Positions 9,324 through 18,177 of a stretch of DNA of 64,000 nt are shown piece by piece (the stretch's first letter is position 1; each line of letters begins with the position of its first letter). The DNA comes from an uncultured Vampirovibrionales bacterium (GTDB taxonomy: Bacteria; Cyanobacteriota; Vampirovibrionia; Vampirovibrionales; Vampirovibrionaceae): NCBI GenBank assembly GCA_964390635.1, contig CAYMIG010000006.1, forward strand, positions 108,995 to 172,994, in the 5' to 3' direction. The notes under the pieces were generated by a model, which did not search any database, was not told the DNA's origin, and saw only the letters and a program-made list of their open reading frames with translations. The position numbers and the translations under genes are program-made.

Positions 9324-9495
9324 CAGAAAACCCCCAGTGTCAGACTTGTTTGGCCGCCGGGCAGCCAATCCCCTTCAAAAAGTCCTCCCATTGTAAAAAG
9401 AACACCGCCCTGCTTCAGCCATTGTAGGGCTTTGTAAACTGGATTGTTTTTAAAATAAATTTGTCCCCCGCGCCTGGGCGCAAATGGCGCAAATG

Positions 9496-9521
9496 AAAAG
9501 GGCCGATGCAAGCACCGGCCC
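9496..9521 (-). terminator. Rho-independent terminator
   Basis: On the minus strand GGGCCGGTGC-TT-GCATCGGCCC then TTTT, just downstream of 9570..10727. Confidence 0.55.
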
Positions 9522-9569
9522 GGGGTTATGCACTAGGGTTCATCCAGGGTAAATTGTCTGGGGATGGGT

Positions 9570-10727
9570 TTAATCACCATCCAGCTTGCGCTTGATTACA
9601 TAAATGGCCCCACCCACGGCAGCGGCCCCGCCCATGCCGATGCCCACTTTAATCATGATTTCTTGCAGGTGTTGCTGATCGGCCTGGTGTTGCAGGTAGC
9701 GGTAGACCGGATCCCGGTACAGGCTGGCGAAGGTATCGGCCATGCTGCGCAGCGCGGCGTCGTAGTCGCCCTGGTACAGGGTATAGGCCTGATCGTTGCG
9801 GCTTGCCTGGATGCCAGTGGCAAAATATTCCGCCAGCTGCCGGGTTGTCTCCTGTGGATTTTCCCGCATCGCCTGCTGAATTTTTTCGGCCTGGGCCTGC
9901 ACGTCGGCGTTGTTGTAATGGCCTCCCGAACGCTCAATCTGGGCGGCCAGATTCGCAAACATGTTGGGCCCCTGGGTCACTTCCAGCATATTGGGTTGGA
10001 TGTTGTAGTCGGTGTGGTGGATGATGATGGGCGTGCAGGTGGTGGTTTTGCCGTTGGAGGTGCACATCATCGAGATGGACGTCCAGTCGTGGCGGATGTT
10101 GGCGTGGTTTCCCCGCAACTCCCGGGCGTTCAGCAGGATGACCGCCCCGTCCCCCGCCGGGTTGAGCCGCTGGTTGATTTGCTGGGCCAACACCTGGGCG
10201 TTGCCGGCAATATCCGGGGCGATGACCACGTAGACGTTTCCCACGTAGCCGGCCTGGTGGATGACTTGCAGCTGCTGGTTGACGTAGTCGTGCGTTTCCC
10301 TTGACACCAGCGGGTTGTCCGCCGCCTCAATCACATACTGCCGGCTTCCCTCGGCGGGAATGGGAATGTCATCCGCCGAGTCGACCACGTGCACGTTAAT
10401 GTGCACATCCTCCGCCTGGACATTGAAATAGCCGTAGTTGGGGGCTTCCACCACCTGGGTGATGGGCGTTCCCTGGCTGATGGGCAGGCTGGCCGCGCTG
10501 GCGGCGGGTATGCCCCGTACTCCGCCAAACATGCTGACCAGGGCGAAGGCCGCCACGGCGGCCAACCGCAGGATGGGATTGGGCTTTTTCTTTTTGGGCC
10601 TGGCCGTGCTTAATTTGGCCTGGTCCAGGTTTTCGCCAAAGTAAACAAGCCGTGGCGATGCCGATGGCAGCCGCCCGGCAGCGGAATGAACGGCAGGCGC
10701 AATGCCTTGCCGCATGGCATATAGCAT
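9570..10727 (-). CDS. Exported, membrane-anchored protein with possible TPM-like domain and FG leader
   Basis: FG leader, then basic+hydrophobic+ASA signal-like segment; VYVVI..D and GAVILL strands and GDYDAAL helix recall the TPM fold; C-terminal TM followed by KRK. Confidence 0.6.
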   Translation of the reverse strand: MLYAMRQGIAPAVHSAAGRLPSASPRLVYFGENLDQAKLSTARPKKKKPNPILRLAAVAAFALVSMFGGVRGIPAASAASLPISQGTPITQVVEAPNYGYFNVQAEDVHINVHVVDSADDIPIPAEGSRQYVIEAADNPLVSRETHDYVNQQLQVIHQAGYVGNVYVVIAPDIAGNAQVLAQQINQRLNPAGDGAVILLNARELRGNHANIRHDWTSISMMCTSNGKTTTCTPIIIHHTDYNIQPNMLEVTQGPNMFANLAAQIERSGGHYNNADVQAQAEKIQQAMRENPQETTRQLAEYFATGIQASRNDQAYTLYQGDYDAALRSMADTFASLYRDPVYRYLQHQADQQHLQEIMIKVGIGMGGAAAVGGAIYVIKRKLDGD

Positions 10728-10981
10728 CCTTCTCTCCTTGTTTCCCCTCACGCAGAAAAAGTGTCCAAAGATATAAAAACCAGGATTTCGGTTTTTGTGC
10801 TAGTGACACTATCCCCTTTTGTCTGGCTGGCGCCTTGCTGCCAAAACCGGGGCGCCGGGGCGAAAAAACCGGTAGCCCATTGCTTTTAGGGATGCCGGCG
10901 CGGGGCATGCCCCGCAGTTCTGGGCGCGGCAAAACCCGTCCCGCGAAAAAACGCCGTCGGCCCAGCCCCCTTCATAGAGCC

Positions 10982-11062
10982 TGGGCGAGGTGGGACTTGA
11001 ACCCACACACATTGCTGTACTGGCTCCTAAGACCAGCGCGTCTACCATTTCGCCACTCGCCC
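10982..11062 (-). tRNA. tRNA-Leu(TAG)
   Basis: GGGCGAG acceptor stem, CTGGT-CTTAGGA-GCCAG anticodon arm, long variable arm, GGTTCAAGTCC; CCA not encoded. Confidence 0.95.
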
Positions 11063-11151
11063 GGCTGCTTAAAATTTTAACCCATTTCCGATGGGCCCCT
11101 CAAGCCGGTTGGGGATGTCCCGGTTGCCCGGGCGTTGCGCAGCTTGCGGGG

Positions 11152-12288
11152 TCAATCCAGGTAGATTTTCTCCGGGCCGGGGGGGGCCAGATCGGCCAGC
11201 CGGGATTTGCGGGTCTTGGGGGTGACCGGGGTGGCGCCCAGCCGGTCAATCACCTTGGTGGCCAGGCGTTCCTCGTTCAACTCTTGCTGCAGCTTGCGGT
11301 TTTCGGCTTCTAAATCCTTGATTACCGCCTTCAGCCGGTTGACTTCTGACTCCTCCTCCCGCCGCTGGATGGCCCGGCGGTTCACTTCGCCGGCCAGGGC
11401 CTTGAGGGCGGTTTCCAGGGAGCTGTCCTCGGCGGCGGTAAAATTGATGCCCGCCTCCGGGGTGGCCCCGGCGTGCTTGCAATGCCGTTTGCGCACCTTG
11501 ATTAGCTGGGTGCTGCCCTTGCCGAAGTAATAAAATTCCCCGGGTTTCAACGCCTTGATGGCCTGGAAGGTGATGCCCGCCTCGTTGAGGAAGGGCTTGA
11601 TGGCTTTATAGTCCTGCTCGGAGGTAATCCCCCCGAACCAGAAGCGGTTGCACTGGCTGAGAATGTCCTTGTTCAGGCTGGCCGGTCGCTGGGTGGCCCA
11701 CAGGCTGTCGATGGCCCGCTTGCGGCCCCGCTTGGCGATTTTCTGCGAGGCCTGCACCGGGTCGATGCTGCGTTTCTTGCTGCGCTTGGTCGAGGTGGCG
11801 GCCATGCGCTGGGGCGCGTAAATTTGCGCCTCCTCCACCACCAGTCGCAGCTTGGTGCGGTACTTTTGCTCCGCCACGAACAGGGCGTCGGCAATCAGCC
11901 CGTACAGGTGTTGTTGCTCCTCGTCCAAAAACTCCGAGAGATCGAACACCGCCGACAGCCGGTTTTGCAGCATGGCTTCCACGTACAGGTCGATGGCCTC
12001 CTCTTCCATGGGCAGGCTGCCGTGCTCGCCGCCGATAATCATCATGGGGTAGCGGGCAGCCAGGGTGAAATGCTCCCCTTCTGGGTCGATGATGCACACC
12101 AGCCCCCCGGTTTCCAAGGTTTCTTCAATCAAAACCCCGGTTAAATAAGACTTTCCCATCCCGGATGAGGCCAGGATGGCGTCTCTCTCTCCTGTCGTGG
12201 CCCATGCGTCCAGGGGGATGCTGAAGTTCTTGCCGACCTCCAAGGCACGGGCGCCCGGCACCAGCCGGTTTTTGATGAAGCGGAACAT
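11152..12288 (-). CDS. HerA/FtsK-superfamily (DUF87-like) ATPase with C-terminal coiled coil
   Basis: ASSGMGKS Walker A, IIDPEGE, LVVEEAQ Walker B, KRGRKR, ATQRPA. Confidence 0.85.
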   Translation of the reverse strand: MFRFIKNRLVPGARALEVGKNFSIPLDAWATTGERDAILASSGMGKSYLTGVLIEETLETGGLVCIIDPEGEHFTLAARYPMMIIGGEHGSLPMEEEAIDLYVEAMLQNRLSAVFDLSEFLDEEQQHLYGLIADALFVAEQKYRTKLRLVVEEAQIYAPQRMAATSTKRSKKRSIDPVQASQKIAKRGRKRAIDSLWATQRPASLNKDILSQCNRFWFGGITSEQDYKAIKPFLNEAGITFQAIKALKPGEFYYFGKGSTQLIKVRKRHCKHAGATPEAGINFTAAEDSSLETALKALAGEVNRRAIQRREEESEVNRLKAVIKDLEAENRKLQQELNEERLATKVIDRLGATPVTPKTRKSRLADLAPPGPEKIYLD

Positions 12289-12300
12289 ATCACTATTATA
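12289..12300 (-). promoter_or_regulatory. Sigma70-type -10 box 6 nt before ATG (leaderless)
   Basis: TATAAT-AGTGAT-ATG with no SD. Confidence 0.65.
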
Positions 12301-12384
12301 GAGCTTATTGACGGGGTAGGGAATGGATTGCCGATCCCCTTTCCGCTAAGATGGTTGCAAAGCAAGTGATTGGAGGATTGGACC

Positions 12385-12639
12385 ATGCCGGTACCGAGAA
12401 GCGGAAACCTGACTGTGGGTGGCATCCCCTGGCTGGCCCGCATGATCGACAAGGCCCGCCTGGAGGCCGCCGGGCAGATTGATGCCTACGACCTGGAATA
12501 CCCCTGCCCCATGGACCGCGCCTGCCTGGCCAAGCTGGGGGTGGACGCCGAGACTTTCCAGAAAATCGCCGTTGCCGCCGGTTCCGACGAGCAGGTGCTG
12601 GCCGGGCTGCGGGAGCAGGGCGCCCACATTCCGCATTAA
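12385..12639 (+). CDS. DUF5069-like small protein
   Basis: PRS....GGIPWLARMIDKAR and YPCPMD motifs; GGAGG SD. Confidence 0.75.
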   Translation: MPVPRSGNLTVGGIPWLARMIDKARLEAAGQIDAYDLEYPCPMDRACLAKLGVDAETFQKIAVAAGSDEQVLAGLREQGAHIPH

Positions 12640-12809
12640 GCCGGGCCTTCCGGCGGTGGGCCGGGAGATTCGCATCCCGGGTTTGCGGCTGGGCTAATTG
12701 AGAGAAATCACAGACCCCGCGGCATGCTTATCCTAAGATGGAAAAGCGGCTGGCTGTTTTTTGCTTAAAACGTCCGGCCCGCTCAACTGATTGAATAAGG
12801 AAGCATCGC

Positions 12810-13712
12810 GTGGCCACAAATTCGACAGTGAATCAGGGCACCCAGCGCAAGGACAACTGGCAGCTGGCCCCGTTACTCACGTTCCTGGGGCTGGGTGGTT
12901 TTGTTGTTTACGCCACCTGGGCGGCCTTTAATCCCGGCCCGGTGAGTCAACCCTACTACACTTTGCAGGGAACCAACTATCTTTCCCCGTTTTTCTCCCC
13001 CAACATTTACGAAATTATCCACCTGGTGGGCCCCAAGATTGGGCTGACGGCGGAGCAGTTCATCAACAACGCGGGTTACTGGGTGATTACCCCGGGTCTG
13101 TTCATTCTGTGGGCGCCGGCGGGGTTCCGGGCTACTTGCTACTACTACCGCAAGGCCTATTACCGCTCCTTCTTTACGGCGCCTGCGGCCTGTGCGGTGG
13201 ACACCGGGGTGAAAAGCCCGCTGATTGCCCTGCTGGGCACCGGCAAGCGTTACATGGGCGAAAAGGTCTTCCCCATGGTGCTGCAAAACCTGCACCGCTA
13301 CTTTTTCTACGTGGCGGCCCTGTTCATCCTCATTCTGGGCTGGGATGCCTTTGTGGCCCTGTTTGCGGCCCAGGGTGCCGGGCTTGAAAAGCACATCGAC
13401 TGGACCACCCTGCGGGTAGGGCTGGGCTCCATCGTGCTGGGCGTTAATGTGCTGCTGCTGTCCTTGTATACTTTCGGCTGCCATTCCTACCGGCATATCC
13501 TGGGCGGGCAGGTCGATTGCTTCTCCACCTGCCCCATGGGCGCGGAACGCCACCACGCCTTCCAGCGCCAGAGCATCCTGAATGCCCACCACATGGAATT
13601 TGCCTGGATGAGCCTCTTTTCGGTCGGCTTTGCCGATTTCTACGTGCGGATGTGCTCTATGGGCGTGTGGCAGGATCCGGTACTGTTGAGCTGGCATTGG
13701 GCCTGGTGGTAG
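12810..13712 (+). CDS. Succinate dehydrogenase membrane subunit (Sdh1/Rv0249c-like)
   Basis: Multiple TMs; YLSPFFSP, FRATCYYYRKAYYRSF, GCHSYRH; first gene of the sdh operon. Confidence 0.8.
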   Translation: MATNSTVNQGTQRKDNWQLAPLLTFLGLGGFVVYATWAAFNPGPVSQPYYTLQGTNYLSPFFSPNIYEIIHLVGPKIGLTAEQFINNAGYWVITPGLFILWAPAGFRATCYYYRKAYYRSFFTAPAACAVDTGVKSPLIALLGTGKRYMGEKVFPMVLQNLHRYFFYVAALFILILGWDAFVALFAAQGAGLEKHIDWTTLRVGLGSIVLGVNVLLLSLYTFGCHSYRHILGGQVDCFSTCPMGAERHHAFQRQSILNAHHMEFAWMSLFSVGFADFYVRMCSMGVWQDPVLLSWHWAWW

Positions 13713-13733
13713 AAGGGTAAGGTTTATCGCACT

Positions 13734-15551
13734 ATGACAACTTCTTACGAAACCCATACGCATGACGTGATTGTCATTGGCGCCGGTGGGGCCGGCCTGC
13801 GGGCCGCCATTGAGGCCTCCGCCCAGGGACTTTCCGTGGGCCTCATCTGTAAATCGCTGCTGGGCAAGGCCCACACCGTAATGGCGGAAGGCGGTGCGGC
13901 GGCGGCCTTGGCCAACGTGGACAAGCTGGATGACTGGAAGACGCACTTCAAGGACACCATGAAGGGCGGCAAATTCCTGAACCAGTGGCGCATGGCACAA
14001 ATTCATGCCCAGGAAGCGCCGGACAGAATTCGGGAGCTAGAGCAATGGGGTGCGGTGTTCGATCGCACCAGGGAAGGGAAGATCAACCAGCGGGCCTTTG
14101 GCGGCCACACCTACAAGCGCCTGGCGCACGTGGGCGACCGTACCGGCCTGGAGCTGATTCGCACCCTTCAGGACAAGGGCGTGCATTCCGGCATCGACGT
14201 TTATATGGAATGCACCATTACCCAACTCCTTAAGGATGGAGATGGCCGGGTAACCGGCGCCTTCGGATACTGGCGGGAAAGCGGTCGCTTCGTGGTCTTC
14301 AAGACCAAGGCCGTGATCCTGGCCACCGGCGGCGTGGGCAAGGCCTGGAAAGTGACGTCCAACTCCTGGGAATACACCGGAGATGGCCAGTCGCTGGCCT
14401 ATCATGCGGGCGCGGAACTCATCGACATGGAGTTTGTGCAGTTCCACCCCACCGGCATGGTTTGGCCTCCCGGCGTGCGGGGCATCCTGGTGACCGAAGG
14501 CGTGCGCGGCGAGGGCGGGATCCTCACCAACAACAAGGGCGAGCGCTTTATGTGGAAGTACCTGCCCGACAACCTGCGCAACGAGTACGCCGCTGACGAG
14601 GCCGAGGCCAAGCGCTGGGTGGAGGCCACCGTCTCTGGTCACAAAACCAGCGATCGTCGTCCGCCGGAGCTGTCCACCCGGGATAACGTGGCCAAGGCCA
14701 TCCACCGCGAGGTGCAGGAAGGCCGGGGCAGCCCGCATGGCGGGGTGTTCCTTGACATCAGCTACCAGAACGCTGAGCGGGTCAAGAAAAAACTGCCCAG
14801 CATGTACCACCAGTTCAAGGAACTGGCCGATGTGGACATCACCGCGGGCCCCATGGAAGTGGGCCCCACCATGCACTACATCATGGGCGGCGTGCGGGTG
14901 GATGCCGAAACGGCCATGACCACCGTGCCCGGCCTCTTTGCCGCGGGCGAGGTGGCAGGCGGCATGCATGGGGCCAACCGCCTGGGTGGCAACTCGCTTT
15001 CCGACCTGCTGGTGTTTGGCCGCCGGGCTGGTATGGGTGCTGCCGACTACGTGCGCGCCTTCGACGGCCAGGCCGGCTTCGATGACGCGCAAGTCAAGGC
15101 GGCTGCCGATGCCCTGACCGCGCCATTCGACCGCAAGGGCGAGGGCCCCTACGAAGTGCACCGCGCGCTGCAGGAAGTCATGCAGAACAAGGTGGGCATC
15201 GTGCGCAACCGGGCCGATCTGGAAAGCGCCGTGGCCGAACTCGACGCCTTGCAGCCGCGCGTGGACAACGTGTCGGTGGAAGGCTCTATCCAGTTTAACC
15301 CCGGCTGGCACCTGGCCAACGATCTCAAGTCCATGATCACCGTGTCCCGCGCCATTGCCCGGGCGGCCCTGGCCCGCGAGGAGAGCCGGGGCGGCCACAC
15401 CCGGGAGGACTTCCCGGAATACAGCCCGGTGTGGTCGAAGCAGAACAACGTCGTCTGGCAGGACAACGGCCAGATGAAACTGCGGCAGGATGCCCTGCCC
15501 GAGATGCCCGACGAGCTGAAAAAGCTCTTTAGTGCGGAGGAGGCGAAGTAA
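13734..15551 (+). CDS. sdhA: Succinate dehydrogenase/fumarate reductase flavoprotein
   Basis: GAGGAG, KAHTVMAEGG, QFHPTG, HYIMGG, HGANRLGGNSL, ESRGGH. Confidence 0.95.
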   Translation: MTTSYETHTHDVIVIGAGGAGLRAAIEASAQGLSVGLICKSLLGKAHTVMAEGGAAAALANVDKLDDWKTHFKDTMKGGKFLNQWRMAQIHAQEAPDRIRELEQWGAVFDRTREGKINQRAFGGHTYKRLAHVGDRTGLELIRTLQDKGVHSGIDVYMECTITQLLKDGDGRVTGAFGYWRESGRFVVFKTKAVILATGGVGKAWKVTSNSWEYTGDGQSLAYHAGAELIDMEFVQFHPTGMVWPPGVRGILVTEGVRGEGGILTNNKGERFMWKYLPDNLRNEYAADEAEAKRWVEATVSGHKTSDRRPPELSTRDNVAKAIHREVQEGRGSPHGGVFLDISYQNAERVKKKLPSMYHQFKELADVDITAGPMEVGPTMHYIMGGVRVDAETAMTTVPGLFAAGEVAGGMHGANRLGGNSLSDLLVFGRRAGMGAADYVRAFDGQAGFDDAQVKAAADALTAPFDRKGEGPYEVHRALQEVMQNKVGIVRNRADLESAVAELDALQPRVDNVSVEGSIQFNPGWHLANDLKSMITVSRAIARAALAREESRGGHTREDFPEYSPVWSKQNNVVWQDNGQMKLRQDALPEMPDELKKLFSAEEAK

Positions 15552-16309
15552 TGGCGCATGCGACCGGACAAAAGACGGCCACGTTCCGCGTGTTTCGCGG
15601 CGATGCCAACGGCGGGGAGCTGAAAGAGTACCAGGTGCCCGTGGAATCGGGCATGGTGGTGCTGGACGCCATGCACTACATCCAGGGCTACCAGTCCCCG
15701 GATCTGGCCGTGCGCTGGAACTGCAAGGCGGCCAAGTGCGGCTCCTGCAGCGCCGAGGTGAACGGCAAGCCCACCCTGATGTGCAAGGCCCGCCTGGACC
15801 ACCTCGATCTCGGCCAGCCGGTGGAAGTGCGTCCCCTGGCCACCTTCCCCACCATCCGCGACCTGGTGACCGACGTGTCCTGGAACTTTGCGGTGAACAA
15901 GACCATCAAGCCCTTCACCCCGCCGGATGAAAACAGCGACGCCTGGACCTACTACCAGGAGGATGTGGACCGGGTGCAGGAATTCCGCAAGTGCATCGAG
16001 TGCTTTCTGTGCCAGGATGTCTGCCACGTGCTGCGCAACCACGATCGCAAGGACCTGTTCTACGGGCCGCGCTTCATGGTGCGCCTGGCCGGGCTGGAAA
16101 TGCATCCCATGGACCGGGCCGACCGCGTCCCCTTCATCAAGGACACCGCGGGCGTGGGCCTGTGCAACATCACCAAGTGCTGCACCGAGGTCTGCCCGGA
16201 AGAGATCCATATTACCGACAACGCCATCATTCCGCTGAAAGAGCGGGTGGTGGATCGCTACTACGACCCCATGCTGTGGGTGCTGCGCAAGCTGGGCTTC
16301 ATCCAGTAG
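15551..16309 (+). CDS. sdhB: Succinate dehydrogenase iron-sulfur subunit
   Basis: CKAAKCGSC, CIECFLCQDVC, CNITKCCTEVCP; overlaps the sdhA stop. Confidence 0.95.
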   Translation: MAHATGQKTATFRVFRGDANGGELKEYQVPVESGMVVLDAMHYIQGYQSPDLAVRWNCKAAKCGSCSAEVNGKPTLMCKARLDHLDLGQPVEVRPLATFPTIRDLVTDVSWNFAVNKTIKPFTPPDENSDAWTYYQEDVDRVQEFRKCIECFLCQDVCHVLRNHDRKDLFYGPRFMVRLAGLEMHPMDRADRVPFIKDTAGVGLCNITKCCTEVCPEEIHITDNAIIPLKERVVDRYYDPMLWVLRKLGFIQ

Positions 16310-16346
16310 CTGCCTGCTTTCGCTTGCCGCATGCGGTCGGTCATGC

Positions 16347-17177
16347 CTAGCGTTGTTCGTGCTCCACAACCCCGTAACTAATGGGGTTGCGGGTATTGGC
16401 CTGCCTGGCGGACTGCTTGGCCTGGTACATCAGGCTATCGGCCAGGGTTTTCATGTCTTCCGCCGAATTGACCCGCTGGGGGTTTTCGCCCCGCCCGCGG
16501 ATCATGGTCACCACCCCCTGGCTGACGCCCAGCTGGATGGGATGATCCGCCCCCGGCCAGTTGAATCGCTCCCGCTTCACTTCGGCTTTGATGCGGGCGG
16601 TGAATTTGTGGGCCCGCCGGTTGGAGGTTTCCGGCAGCAACACCACGAATTCGTCGCCTCCCAGGCGGAACACGGTGCCCTCATCGCCCACCGCCCGTTC
16701 CAGTGCCCGGGCGAAACGGCGCAGGGCCTCGTCGCCGGCGTCATGCCCGTAGGTGTCGTTAATGCCCTTGAAGCGGTCCAGGTCGGTCAGGATGAGGGTG
16801 AGCGGCTGCCTTTGCTTGACCGCCCGGCAGTAGATGGGGGCGGCCACCTTGTTGAAAAAGGCCCGGTTGGGGATTTGGGTGAGGGGATCGCTGTAAAGCG
16901 CCTGTCGGATGCCCTGGATCTGGATTTTCTTGCGCTGTACCCGTCCCTCCAGGCGAGCAACCTGACGGTGGAGGGCTGCATTTTGCTCCTGAACCTGCGG
17001 GCAGGGGGAATGCTCCTGCGCCTGGCCGCCAAAATAAAGGCTAGCCATCCGGTGGCCTGACCTGGAAGCGCCTAGGGGCAAAAAACTGCCAAACCGGGCA
17101 GCCTGGATGCGGGCGCCCTGGGGGAAGAACGGCGCCATCAACGACGAATGACCCACTTGAATTGCCATGGAAACCAT
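16347..17177 (-). CDS. Diguanylate cyclase (coiled coil + GGDEF) with FG leader
   Basis: DPLTQIPNR, DLDRFKGINDTYGHDAGD, RLGGDEF; start 17177 or 17168. Confidence 0.9.
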   Translation of the reverse strand: MVSMAIQVGHSSLMAPFFPQGARIQAARFGSFLPLGASRSGHRMASLYFGGQAQEHSPCPQVQEQNAALHRQVARLEGRVQRKKIQIQGIRQALYSDPLTQIPNRAFFNKVAAPIYCRAVKQRQPLTLILTDLDRFKGINDTYGHDAGDEALRRFARALERAVGDEGTVFRLGGDEFVVLLPETSNRRAHKFTARIKAEVKRERFNWPGADHPIQLGVSQGVVTMIRGRGENPQRVNSAEDMKTLADSLMYQAKQSARQANTRNPISYGVVEHEQR

Positions 17178-17289
17178 GTGCTTGCTTGCTGACTTTAAAT
17201 CCCCTGAATATAAAAAAGTGCTCAGGGGGGCAAAAATTCCTGGGTGGGCTGACCGGGGCGGGGGTGTGGTGTCGTTTTTGACGGGAAAA

Positions 17290-18168
17290 TCAGGAGGAGC
17301 TGCGGGTTTTGACCGGGATTTTTCGGGGGAGCTTGTGCGCGTTGGGATCCCGCACCGGGTACTTGCCGCCCCGGTGGGGCAGAAAGTCTTCCACCACAAA
17401 CTTCAGGCTGCGGGGGAATTTTTCCAGCACCGGGAAATCCCGGTCCAGGGTGCGGCCCTGCTTGTGGGTGCCCAGCAGCGAGGCGAAGATTTCCCCTTGC
17501 AGGTCGCGGCTATCCAGGGCTTCCAGGGGGGTACACCAGGCTTCCGAGAGCTTCAGGCGGTCGGCATCTGACAGCCGGGCCAGATCCTCGCGGTAAGCCT
17601 GCACGAAAGCCTCCTCGTAAGAGACCTTACGGTACAGGTGGTCGATGGCATGGCTCACCTCTTCGGCCAGCGTGCTGTCTACGGGCGGCGCCGGGTGGCG
17701 CTCCCCGGTATAGGGGTTTTTGTAGTACTCGGCCACGATGATGTACTTGGTCTCCGGGCTTTGCGGTGGGGTATAGAACAGCCCGACCTCAACCTGGAAG
17801 GTATCCGGTGCGGGCGTGGCGGGCTTTCCATTGGCGCCGCGCACCACGATGCGGGGCGGGTTTCGGGAAGGCACCACGGTTTCCACCGTTTCCGCGCAAA
17901 AGAACCGGTAGCCGTTCTCTTTCAGCGTGCGCAGCTCTTTGGGGCTGAAGGTTTCCGACAGCACCCGGGCCACCTGCTTGCGGAAACCTTCCGAGACGTC
18001 GCCCCGGGTTTCCAGGAGGGCCAGGGTGTCGAAGGTTTGGCGGCTGAATTGATCGCCCGGCAAGGCTCCGAACCGGCATGGGGGGTGGGCCGCTTCCAGG
18101 GTAAGGGCTGGTGTGGCGGGGATGCGGGTCAAAAACGCGTTTGCCCGCAGCGATTCCAGGAGCCTCAT
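17290..18168 (-). CDS. Anthrax lethal factor-like (ATLF/PPEP-type) protein with variant zinc motif and FG leader
   Basis: EEVSHAID...S....F..AY..D...EIFA...FP pattern resembles the HExxH ATLF family, but the first His is Glu. Confidence 0.55.
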   Translation of the reverse strand: MRLLESLRANAFLTRIPATPALTLEAAHPPCRFGALPGDQFSRQTFDTLALLETRGDVSEGFRKQVARVLSETFSPKELRTLKENGYRFFCAETVETVVPSRNPPRIVVRGANGKPATPAPDTFQVEVGLFYTPPQSPETKYIIVAEYYKNPYTGERHPAPPVDSTLAEEVSHAIDHLYRKVSYEEAFVQAYREDLARLSDADRLKLSEAWCTPLEALDSRDLQGEIFASLLGTHKQGRTLDRDFPVLEKFPRSLKFVVEDFLPHRGGKYPVRDPNAHKLPRKIPVKTRSSS

Positions 18169-18177
18169 CAGGCCGCC

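Noticed and set aside
10860-10980. GC-rich palindromes downstream of tRNA-Leu(TAG), e.g. GCGGGGCATGCCCCGC
   Set aside because: Most simply terminator/processing hairpins; no second copy or ncRNA signature was recognised.
11-17167. Identical 17-mer ACCCACTTGAATTGCCA at 11-27 and 17151-17167
   Set aside because: One 17-nt match in 64 kb is plausible by chance; there is no flanking similarity, integrase or att context.
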